Shown here piece by piece: positions 7,412 to 15,292 of a DNA stretch of 64,000 nucleotides. Made by a program: the position numbers and the translations under genes. This stretch comes from a virus. The notes beneath the pieces are model-generated. The model was not told the DNA's origin. It made no database searches and saw only the letters and a list, made by a program, of their open reading frames with translations. Each line of letters starts with the position of its first letter. Positions within the stretch are counted from its first letter, which is position 1. The DNA lies in the IMG/VR virus record IMGVR_UViG_3300008954_000003, positions 1 to 64,000 of that record; one strand, given 5' to 3'.

Positions 7412-9727
7412 ATGAGCCTAAAGAAACACATAATGCACATCTATGAGAACCCTTATCTCAAGTTCTCAGAGCTTCAAGAGATGTTTACCAAGCTTTGCTA
7501 TGGTGAAATACAGTTTACAGAGAAATTTGATGGCATAAACCTCCTATTATCGTACTCAACGCGCGATGGAGAGGCCAGAGCGGTCAGAAATGGCGCTCAA
7601 ATGCGACAATTTGGCCTAACTGCCGACCAAATGAGGAAATATTTCCTAAATCGAAGCAAATTTAACGAAAATGTGGTCAATTGTATCACAGAAGCCATCA
7701 AAAACTTCGGTCAGTTCGCCCAAACACTGTCAATTAAGCAACAAATCAAGCTTTTTGGGCAAAATAAGAAGGGAGAGCCGACAATTTTCTATAATTGTGA
7801 CATAATTAACCCAAAAACACCCAATTTGCTTGAATATAACGGCAAATACATGGTTTTTCACCGTACAGGGCATCGAAAAATCAATGATTTCACCCAAAGA
7901 GTCGAATTTTTCATGGATGAGCCTCAAATTGAGCAGTTTTTCGCCTTAATTCTTGCAAACGAGGGGTTTAAACCCACTTTACAGTTCAAAATCAACGAAA
8001 AAATGCGTTTTGAGCACCAAAAAACGAAAAATTTGCTTGATTCTTTCCTCAGAAGGCTTCAAAACCTGCAAAAAAAGTACGATTTAGGCCCAAAAACGAC
8101 CATTTTAGAGTATATGATAGCCTCTTTAGACCCCGAAATAGCCCTTATTTTCACCCTTTCAGCCGAAAATCACGTCAATTTAATCAAGAAAATCATTGCA
8201 GATGCCAACCATGGACAGCTTATTAAGGCTCCAAAGATGAAAGAAGTCCTTAAATTCCTTGATATTGACAAAGCGCAACAGGTTCGAACCTTCCTTGAGA
8301 GTGAAAAACCCAAAGAAATGTTTAAAAAAACCATGTATCCTATGGAGATACTATTGCACAACTTCTCTGTTGATTTGCTAAACCTCTTGAATAGTGCTAT
8401 ATTTACCGAACCAGACAAGTTTAATGATGGATTAAGGGCGCGTTTGACCAATATTTCGTCAAATTTGCAAGATCGGGAAGAACAGGGCAGGCTTCAAGGC
8501 CATTTCGACAAGATCGGGGACATTGACAAGCTTTCTTTGAACATTGAAGGCATTGTATTCCCATATGATGGTCACATATACAAACTAACAGGCAACTTTG
8601 CCCCTGTCAACCAGATCCTTGGATATTACAAATATAAGGACACAGATGACCAGTTTGAGAAGGGTGAGTTCGATGTTGAGCTAAAAAAGATACAAGGAAG
8701 ACTCGCTATCATCCCAGGTTCCTTTAAACCACCACATCGAGGGCATATTGAGATGATAAAGCACTACCTTTCCCTTGATAACGTTGAAAAGGTCATGCTA
8801 ATCATCAGTAGAAAGCCTCGTGAGATCAAACACCCCAAAACAAAGCAGGTTTTAGGACATGTAAGCTATGAATTGTCACAAAAGCTCTTTGGAATGTATC
8901 TTGCAAACGAAAATATTCGTCAAAAAGTGTCTATTGTGAAGTCTTCTCCTAAAGGACCAGTCGCTGATACCTATGAATATGTTAAAAATCAAGCTCAATC
9001 GGGCGATTCGCTCGTCTTGGGTGTTTCTGGTAAAGACAGACACCGCTTTAAGAACTTGCAAATCAATACACCAGCAGGTGTCAATGTTGATGTTGGAGAG
9101 GTCGCAAAGCCTATAACCTATCGCGGCAACGCCACTCCCTTGTCAGGAACAGAGCTTCGTTCAGCCATTGCAAGGGGTGATAAGCAAGAAATGGTTCATT
9201 ACATCCCAAAGAAGTCAATGAAGGACATAAAGAACGTCATGCGTATACTTTTTGGGTATAAAATGATAAAAGAAGAGCTTGAAGATAAAAAAAAAGCGAA
9301 AAGGCCCCCTTCGGAATCTACTTCGGATAAAAAACTTACCAATTTCCTTGACCTTCTTATCCTAAGAGAGCAAAAAGAACTGGAAGAGATGTCAGCAGCA
9401 TCAGCAGGGGCTGTTCAAGGGGCCGCAACCAAAGGCCCTTGGGAAAACTTAGATGAAGATGAGGAAAATCTGGAAGAGGATTTCGAATATGATCAGTATT
9501 CAGCGGAGCCAATCACTAAAGACATGAGAGATACTAATTATAATAGCGAACAGACCATTGGAAACGCTGTTGCCACAACACACGGACTTGGAGTGAGAGA
9601 AAGCAATGACAAACGAAAAAATCATAAAAAAGGCGATAAGAGCAAGAATTCTCGAATCAATCGTCAAAAGAAGTCAAGAAAGAGGACAACAATTAAGGTT
9701 GGAAAACGCAATAAGAAGAAAGGTTAA
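7412..9727 (+). CDS. Fusion: ligase-like (KxDG) nucleotidyltransferase domain + HxGH cytidylyltransferase-like domain + charged tail
   Basis: TEKFDGIN and IEGIVF...YKLTG (ligase motif I and IV/V-like); IIPGSFKPPHRGH and SGTELR (HIGH-superfamily motifs). Confidence 0.7.
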   Translation: MSLKKHIMHIYENPYLKFSELQEMFTKLCYGEIQFTEKFDGINLLLSYSTRDGEARAVRNGAQMRQFGLTADQMRKYFLNRSKFNENVVNCITEAIKNFGQFAQTLSIKQQIKLFGQNKKGEPTIFYNCDIINPKTPNLLEYNGKYMVFHRTGHRKINDFTQRVEFFMDEPQIEQFFALILANEGFKPTLQFKINEKMRFEHQKTKNLLDSFLRRLQNLQKKYDLGPKTTILEYMIASLDPEIALIFTLSAENHVNLIKKIIADANHGQLIKAPKMKEVLKFLDIDKAQQVRTFLESEKPKEMFKKTMYPMEILLHNFSVDLLNLLNSAIFTEPDKFNDGLRARLTNISSNLQDREEQGRLQGHFDKIGDIDKLSLNIEGIVFPYDGHIYKLTGNFAPVNQILGYYKYKDTDDQFEKGEFDVELKKIQGRLAIIPGSFKPPHRGHIEMIKHYLSLDNVEKVMLIISRKPREIKHPKTKQVLGHVSYELSQKLFGMYLANENIRQKVSIVKSSPKGPVADTYEYVKNQAQSGDSLVLGVSGKDRHRFKNLQINTPAGVNVDVGEVAKPITYRGNATPLSGTELRSAIARGDKQEMVHYIPKKSMKDIKNVMRILFGYKMIKEELEDKKKAKRPPSESTSDKKLTNFLDLLILREQKELEEMSAASAGAVQGAATKGPWENLDEDEENLEEDFEYDQYSAEPITKDMRDTNYNSEQTIGNAVATTHGLGVRESNDKRKNHKKGDKSKNSRINRQKKSRKRTTIKVGKRNKKKG

Positions 9728-10547
9728 TCTTCTTAAGGAAGACACCGATGTTAGTGCCAATATTCCTACAAGATCAACAGGTATTAACGTTTTAGCCAAC
9801 ACTCTTAAACAAATCATTCCGATCATTAAGCAATCTTATGAACTTTTGACGACAAATGAAGAGCAAAAGACATCATTTAGATCCCACGTCATTCAAAACG
9901 CGATTAACACTCTTATGAGAGTCGACATTACGACATCTTCCAAGGAAACAGAAGGTCAAGAGCCTCCTGAAAAACCTGAGATGCCGACACTCGGACCAGA
10001 AGAAGGTGGAAGTGCAGGGGAACTTGCTGTAGAAGAACCGGCCATGGAAGAGCCAGCTATGGAAGAGCCGGAACAACTTCAAGAAGCCGATTTGGAAGTT
10101 GATGTGGAAGATCAGCCCCCTGGCAAACCTGTTGGTGGGAAAAGTGATGAAAAATTCATCCCAATCGATGATAAAGCAGCTCAAGCCCATCAGGAAAAAG
10201 TGAAACCAGCCAAGGCTGCCGCTGGGAAAGATAGTGAATTCGTTCAGATTCAAGGACTTGATCGCACAGGAATGGAGATGGCTCAAAGAACCTTCCCAAA
10301 AATTCAAAAGCAGCTTGGTGACTCATATGCGATGCTTTCAAACGTTCAGGATAAGGAAGAGTTTGCCGATTATTTGGTTGCCAACCTGAAATTGTATTTT
10401 GATCAGTTCGATCAGGAAATGCAGCCTAACATTCCAGAACCTGAATCGGCAGCCTATGACCAAATTAAACAAAAGGCAGATCGCCTTGGAGGTCAAATCC
10501 AAGAGAATTTGATCTTCAGCAAGATTTATAAGACCCTAACTGGCTAA
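9606..10547 (+). CDS. Acidic hypothetical protein, possibly head-internal or scaffold-like
   Basis: 313-aa ORF with EEPAM repeats and an acidic linker; overlaps the upstream gene by 122 nt. Confidence 0.65.
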   Translation: MTNEKIIKKAIRARILESIVKRSQERGQQLRLENAIRRKVNLLKEDTDVSANIPTRSTGINVLANTLKQIIPIIKQSYELLTTNEEQKTSFRSHVIQNAINTLMRVDITTSSKETEGQEPPEKPEMPTLGPEEGGSAGELAVEEPAMEEPAMEEPEQLQEADLEVDVEDQPPGKPVGGKSDEKFIPIDDKAAQAHQEKVKPAKAAAGKDSEFVQIQGLDRTGMEMAQRTFPKIQKQLGDSYAMLSNVQDKEEFADYLVANLKLYFDQFDQEMQPNIPEPESAAYDQIKQKADRLGGQIQENLIFSKIYKTLTG

Positions 10548-10552
10548 TATTT

Positions 10553-10864
10553 ATGAAGACCTACGTCAGCTTGACAAATCAATTAAAAGAGAGCAAACTT
10601 ATAGACGAGAAGTTTGAGTTCATGCTCAACAATCTGACTCTGGAAGAAGTCATCGGACTGAAGTTAGAGAACGCTTCGAAAGTAATGAATGGTAAATTGT
10701 ATGGATATAATCTATATCGTAAATTTCCAGAAATAATAAAAGAAGCTCTCATAAGATTTGCTGTTCAGCATTATCCGAATTATAGTGTAGCAGCCAGGAG
10801 TCTAGGTATTCATAAGAATGTCTATGTGAGACTATTAAAAAAATATAAGATAGGAGTGCTATAA
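10553..10864 (+). CDS. Fis-like (HTH_8) DNA-binding protein
   Basis: C-terminal ALIRFAVQHYPNYSVAARSLGIHKNVYVRLLKKYKI. Confidence 0.7.
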   Translation: MKTYVSLTNQLKESKLIDEKFEFMLNNLTLEEVIGLKLENASKVMNGKLYGYNLYRKFPEIIKEALIRFAVQHYPNYSVAARSLGIHKNVYVRLLKKYKIGVL

Positions 10865-10865
10865 T

Positions 10866-11624
10866 ATGCCTTCCTATAACTTAGCAAACAACACACCTCA
10901 GACAGCCTCAGATCCATTTGGATCACTGTATGATACTGGAGGTCCAGCAGGTAACTATAGCGATCTTGATGATGCCGATTTTCTTTTAGAACCAACTGGT
11001 GCCGTGACCAGTTTAACAATGTCACTTCCAAGTTTTCTTTTATCACCCTCAGATTCTCCATACAATGTTGGAAATGGCGGTGAAATCCTTGATTCATTAT
11101 ATATTACCCCATCATATGAAAACTTTGTTACAGGAAACTTCTTCCAAGTCTATGTTGATTCCGCAGATAACCTTGCCGTAAACGTCTGGACAGACGAAGC
11201 TATTGTCGAGAACATAAGCTCAGCACTAAACCCATCAATTCATGAAGACTGGACTCAACCAACTTGGGGATTTATAGATGGCACTTCATCTGGAACATTC
11301 CAGTCTGGAAACCTAGCTTATATTTCATTTCTTGCAGAGTCGGGCTTTCCAGATGCAGGATTCCAGCTTGACTGGACTTCAAGCCTTCCCGAAGCGGAAG
11401 AAGCAGCAGCCGGAAACGTTGTAACAACGTCTGTTGCATTTACAGCGGATCATGCTATAAACAGTTTCAAGAACGCTTCAGAACAATATAATAGGGTTGG
11501 TCTTGATCAGGTCCCATTTCGTATGGGGATTTTAGGTCCTGCAAACTTGAGGCTTAGAAATTCAGCATACTCATGTTCCCTCGGAGGAACAAAATCCCGT
11601 GAAGTTGGCAAGGGTTCTAGTTAA
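10866..11624 (+). CDS. Acidic CUB-like domain protein, probably virion-exposed
   Basis: LYDTGGPAGNYSD and SGNLAYISFLAESGFPDAGFQLDWTS resemble the ends of bacterial CUB domains. Confidence 0.55.
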   Translation: MPSYNLANNTPQTASDPFGSLYDTGGPAGNYSDLDDADFLLEPTGAVTSLTMSLPSFLLSPSDSPYNVGNGGEILDSLYITPSYENFVTGNFFQVYVDSADNLAVNVWTDEAIVENISSALNPSIHEDWTQPTWGFIDGTSSGTFQSGNLAYISFLAESGFPDAGFQLDWTSSLPEAEEAAAGNVVTTSVAFTADHAINSFKNASEQYNRVGLDQVPFRMGILGPANLRLRNSAYSCSLGGTKSREVGKGSS

Positions 11625-11629
11625 AAGGG

Positions 11630-11658
11630 TTGACAACAAATTTCAGTAATGTTACTAT
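11630..11658 (+). promoter_or_regulatory. Sigma70-type promoter (likely early)
   Basis: TTGACA 11630-11635, 17-bp spacer ending in extended -10 TGn, TACTAT 11653-11658; lies in the largest intergenic gap I found. Confidence 0.8.
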
Positions 11659-11672
11659 GATTCATCTCTGAT

Positions 11673-11706
11673 CGAGACAGGGTTAACAAAACCTTTGTTT
11701 CGTTTA
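11673..11706 (+). terminator. Stem-loop, either a weak terminator or a 5'-leader hairpin
   Basis: cgagacagggtt-aacaa-aacctttgtttcg pairs with G-U pairs and one bulge, followed by TTT. Confidence 0.35.
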
Positions 11707-11716
11707 AACTTCTTAT

Positions 11717-12037
11717 ATGAAAATTAGAGATCTGAAGAAAGGTCGTTATTATCGTTGTGTGTTGGGTAGGCACAGACACCTTCTGATGATGAAAAAAAAG
11801 GGGTTTAAGTTCACGATTGTTTTTGATGTCTGGGCAAAGAAGCCGTTCTTGACTAAAAACGAAAGAATCCTTGACGATGAGATCTTCTTATATCTTGGAA
11901 TTGAAAAAAAGATGATACCCAAAAACAATAAAATGAGAAAATTTCACAAGTTTTATTTGCCGGATGATATCGTGTATATGCGGCATTACACCATACAAAA
12001 AATGGAGGAAGTATGTTTGGAAAACCTTGGAAAATAG
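11717..12037 (+). CDS. Basic hypothetical protein
   Basis: 106-aa ORF, first gene after the promoter. Confidence 0.6.
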   Translation: MKIRDLKKGRYYRCVLGRHRHLLMMKKKGFKFTIVFDVWAKKPFLTKNERILDDEIFLYLGIEKKMIPKNNKMRKFHKFYLPDDIVYMRHYTIQKMEEVCLENLGK

Positions 12038-12279
12038 TTGGCAAGTTTGACAGCTATGATAGAGCGAATGAGAAGAGGAAAGAACTGATTAAAGATAAAA
12101 CGTTGCAAGTAAAAGTCAAGAAATATGGTCCCGGTGGCAAAATTTTTGTCGTAAAAACCCGTGTTGTTGAAGAGGAGTTTCTTGACGAAATCAAAGAGAA
12201 GAAGATTAAGTCTCGTAAGAAGCGACGAACTCACAAAAGAGACTACAAGAAAGAATTCTCAAAGGGAGCGGTTGATTGA
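12013..12279 (+). CDS. Basic hypothetical protein
   Basis: 88-aa ORF preceded by a GGAGG Shine-Dalgarno. Confidence 0.65.
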   Translation: MFGKPWKIVGKFDSYDRANEKRKELIKDKTLQVKVKKYGPGGKIFVVKTRVVEEEFLDEIKEKKIKSRKKRRTHKRDYKKEFSKGAVD

Positions 12280-12464
12280 TGAATAAGTATAAAATCCATT
12301 TAAAATGTGATATAACAAAAAAGCATATTGAGAAGAACATAGAGTTCAGTTTTTTTGAGGATGCTTATAAATACGCAAAGGAAACCTCTGCAATAATGAG
12401 CAAAGGGAAAAATTCTTATAGGATTATAGGCGTTTATGAAATATTATACAACATTAAAGAATGA
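12276..12464 (+). CDS. Small hypothetical protein
   Basis: 62-aa ORF coupled to the upstream stop. Confidence 0.55.
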   Translation: MMNKYKIHLKCDITKKHIEKNIEFSFFEDAYKYAKETSAIMSKGKNSYRIIGVYEILYNIKE

Positions 12465-12810
12465 GAATCCTCACCGTGCCTATGTTGATATGCTTAGGTA
12501 CAAAAATCGCTTCCCATTCCTACTTAAAGGACCGATGATGATATCGTCATCGGTCCCTTGTGAATGGGAAGCGATAGTGTTGAAACTGTGTGAAGATATC
12601 GAAAAAATCATCGAAAGTCACGTTAATCTTTTTAACATTGACAACTTACCGTACTGTGTGCAAATAAAAGATAAGTTTAACTATCTTAGGTTCTATATGA
12701 ACTACCCTTCAAGAGAAACCGCTGAAGACTTATCTATGGTGATTGCAATTGAGGGTCTGATCACGGGTGCAGAAGAAGAAGTCGAAGAATTAAATAAGGA
12801 GAAAAAATGA
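12436..12810 (+). CDS. Conserved-type phage hypothetical protein
   Basis: QIKDKFNYLRFY resembles a QxKEKFGxLRFY motif common in large-phage ORFs; start uncertain. Confidence 0.6.
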   Translation: MKYYTTLKNENPHRAYVDMLRYKNRFPFLLKGPMMISSSVPCEWEAIVLKLCEDIEKIIESHVNLFNIDNLPYCVQIKDKFNYLRFYMNYPSRETAEDLSMVIAIEGLITGAEEEVEELNKEKK

Positions 12811-13454
12811 TCTATTGGGCTGATAAGAAAACAACGAAAAAAAAAGAAAAGAAAGAAGAGGAGGAGCCTGCGATGCCTTCTGTTATCTTCATGGGGGGAC
12901 CTTCGTCAGAAGATTCAAAGAACCCTCTTGAAATCCAAGATAATAGAATTTATTATTATGGCCCCATTGAAGAGCAAGAGATGTTGCACTTGAATAAGGC
13001 GATTTCAAGGCTCGACAAAGAACTTCAGATTTTTAAGGTAAAATATGAAATGGATTCACCTCCGATTCATATTCACATCAATAGCTATGGCGGAAGCATC
13101 TTTGCAGCCTTGGCCGTTGTTGATTGCATAAGAGAGTGCAAAACTCCGGTTCACACACATGTTGATGGTTGTGCTGCAAGTGCAGCGACTCTCATTACTG
13201 TTGCCGGCGATAAACGGATTATGTCGCCAAATTCGTTCATGCTTATCCATCAGCTTTCATCTGGTGTTTGGGGTAACTATGAAGAGATGAAAGAGCAGAT
13301 GCAAAACCACGATCTTATCATGGACAAAATGAAAGAGATTTATAAGACATATACAAAAATCCCGGATAAGAAACTTAAGGAAATCTTGAAACACGACCTT
13401 TGGTTCGATTCGGAACAATGCCTTGAATACGGCCTTGTTGATAAAGTAATATAG
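12807..13454 (+). CDS. clpP: ClpP-family protease subunit
   Basis: HINSYGGS, GCAASAATLI (catalytic Ser), MLIHQ (His), DLWFDSEQCLEYGLVDKVI. Confidence 0.92.
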   Translation: MIYWADKKTTKKKEKKEEEEPAMPSVIFMGGPSSEDSKNPLEIQDNRIYYYGPIEEQEMLHLNKAISRLDKELQIFKVKYEMDSPPIHIHINSYGGSIFAALAVVDCIRECKTPVHTHVDGCAASAATLITVAGDKRIMSPNSFMLIHQLSSGVWGNYEEMKEQMQNHDLIMDKMKEIYKTYTKIPDKKLKEILKHDLWFDSEQCLEYGLVDKVI

Positions 13455-13465
13455 GAGAACACGTT

Positions 13466-13642
13466 ATGGGAAAAGTATTTGAAATGATTAAAGACATTCA
13501 ACTAAAGGAGAACTTGTCGCTGAGTCAGGTATTTGAAAAATACCCTCATCTTGAGGAGCTTCAAAAGAAAGAGTTGTTTGATGAACTTCAAAGCAAGAAG
13601 AATGAGAACAAAGAAACAGGAAAACAGGTCTTGCTAGGATGA
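13466..13642 (+). CDS. 58-aa hypothetical protein, not in the ORF track
   Basis: AGGAG upstream; MGKVFEMIKDIQLKENLSLSQVFEKYPHLEELQKKELFDELQSKKNENKETGKQVLLG*; ATGA overlap with the next gene. Confidence 0.75.
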   Translation: MGKVFEMIKDIQLKENLSLSQVFEKYPHLEELQKKELFDELQSKKNENKETGKQVLLG

Positions 13643-14328
13643 ACCTCTTGAAAGAATATATAAAGAAGAACAGCCCTGTGTTGTTGGAGAAAATGGATCT
13701 TTTTATCCATGACACTGTTCCTGTTTATATAACAGAGAAGGTCCCTGAAAACGTTTCAATACGAAGTGTTTTAAACTTTCTCAACGATGAGATGCCAGAG
13801 CCGTTATTTAAGGGGTTGAATGCGGTATATATTGGCAGCTTTCCTGAAATCGAAGAGGAAGGTGCGAATGCCAAATATTGGGAGGGCGCTCTTTATCTTG
13901 TTAGCAAAGAGCAAGATGGGTCAATGGACCTTTTGGACGATATAGTTCACGAGGTTGCTCACTTGGTTGAAGAGCAGTATGGTGAAGGTATCTACGAAGA
14001 TGAAATCTTGAAAGAAGAGTTCCTTCACAAGAGAAACCTGCTGTTCGAAAGGATGAGCCCTTACTTTACAGAAGATCGATGGGCAAAAGAGGCGTTCAAG
14101 AACCACGAATATGATAAAAAACTCGACGTATTTTTCACAGAAAAGGTTGGAAACGGAAGAATGAAGAAGTTTATCAGTGGGATTTTCTTAACATCATATG
14201 CCCCCGTTTCGTTGAATGAATATTTCGCAGATGGATTTGAGCACTACTTCCTTGGCAAGAGAGAAGATCTTGCAACCTTGTGCCCAATGCTATACAAGAA
14301 GATATTTGAATTATTGAGAACAATTTAG
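13639..14328 (+). CDS. Zinc metallopeptidase-like protein (HEXXH...E)
   Basis: IVHEVAH with downstream NEYFADGFEHY third-ligand helix. Confidence 0.7.
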   Translation: MNLLKEYIKKNSPVLLEKMDLFIHDTVPVYITEKVPENVSIRSVLNFLNDEMPEPLFKGLNAVYIGSFPEIEEEGANAKYWEGALYLVSKEQDGSMDLLDDIVHEVAHLVEEQYGEGIYEDEILKEEFLHKRNLLFERMSPYFTEDRWAKEAFKNHEYDKKLDVFFTEKVGNGRMKKFISGIFLTSYAPVSLNEYFADGFEHYFLGKREDLATLCPMLYKKIFELLRTI

Positions 14329-14336
14329 GAGACTAA

Positions 14337-15116
14337 GTGAAGAAGCACATATCATTCTCTGAGTTGAAAGCTTGGAGCACATGCCCGTATTTTAGAAAAT
14401 TAACATATGAAGACAAACTGAATCCATTTTCCGATTCCATTCACACGACGTTTGGAACAGCTATGCATTCAGTCTGTGAAAACCTTGTTTGTGGAAAAGA
14501 TCTTAATTATGATGAACATTTGGAAGAGAACTTCTTGAAAGAGATCTTGGAAAACAAGGTCGAGGTGTCAGAAGAAGACGTTGCACTTTTTCTTTCTCAA
14601 GGTGTGGAGATCATCCCGGAGATCATCCCAGCAATTAAAGAAAAGTTCCCTGATTATGAAATTGTTAAAGCGGAAGAGAAATTATATGAGCCGATTGAGG
14701 GGTTTGATGATTTTTCTTTTAAGGGGTTCGTAGACCTCGCACTGAAGACTCCTGACGGAAAATATCACATTATTGACTGGAAAACATGTTCATGGGGATG
14801 GGATGCTAGGAGAAAATCTGAAAAACTTACAACATACCAGTTAACACTGTACAAAAATTTCTTTATAAAGAAACATAAGCTAGACGCCGGAATGGTAGAA
14901 ACCTACTTCGGACTTCTTAAAAGAACAGCAAAAGCTGGCAAGAAGGTGGAAATCTTTCGAGTAACAAGCGGCGCTAAGAAAACTCAAAACGCCACACTTT
15001 TACTTGAAAAGGCAATAAAAAACATACAAGCCGGTACTCACATAAAAAACAGGCTGTCCTGTATCGGTAAATTTGGTCCGTGCGTCTTCTATAGGACAGA
15101 AAGGTGTAAACAATGA
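14337..15116 (+). CDS. PD-(D/E)XK nuclease, Cas4/AddB-like, probable Fe-S cluster
   Basis: ISFSEL..CPY, GTAMH, GFVDL, IIDWKT, QLTLY; one N-terminal and three C-terminal Cys; GTG start with AGGAG. Confidence 0.85.
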   Translation: MKKHISFSELKAWSTCPYFRKLTYEDKLNPFSDSIHTTFGTAMHSVCENLVCGKDLNYDEHLEENFLKEILENKVEVSEEDVALFLSQGVEIIPEIIPAIKEKFPDYEIVKAEEKLYEPIEGFDDFSFKGFVDLALKTPDGKYHIIDWKTCSWGWDARRKSEKLTTYQLTLYKNFFIKKHKLDAGMVETYFGLLKRTAKAGKKVEIFRVTSGAKKTQNATLLLEKAIKNIQAGTHIKNRLSCIGKFGPCVFYRTERCKQ

Positions 15117-15289
15117 GTGTTATTTCGTTTGATGAGTTAGAGGTTTGTCGTGATTGTGGTGTGGTAAAGTGGAAAAAGGTCATTTGCGCTTCTTGTGAAA
15201 AGAAGGCTCGTCAGAACAAGTTAGCTGAAGAAATCTCAGCTCTTAGAAAGAGGGTGGATTTTTTAGTGGAAAACTTGAAGAAAGGTTAA
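15113..15289 (+). CDS. 58-aa zinc-ribbon + coiled-coil protein, not in the ORF track
   Basis: MSVISFDELEVCRDCGVVKWKKVICASCEKKARQNKLAEEISALRKRVDFLVENLKKG*; ATGA overlap; fills the gap between neighbours. Confidence 0.75.
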   Translation: MSVISFDELEVCRDCGVVKWKKVICASCEKKARQNKLAEEISALRKRVDFLVENLKKG

Positions 15290-15292
15290 AAA

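Noticed and set aside
14337-15116. Cas4 as evidence of a CRISPR system
   Set aside because: No repeat-spacer array or other cas gene seen; solo Cas4-like nucleases are common in phages.
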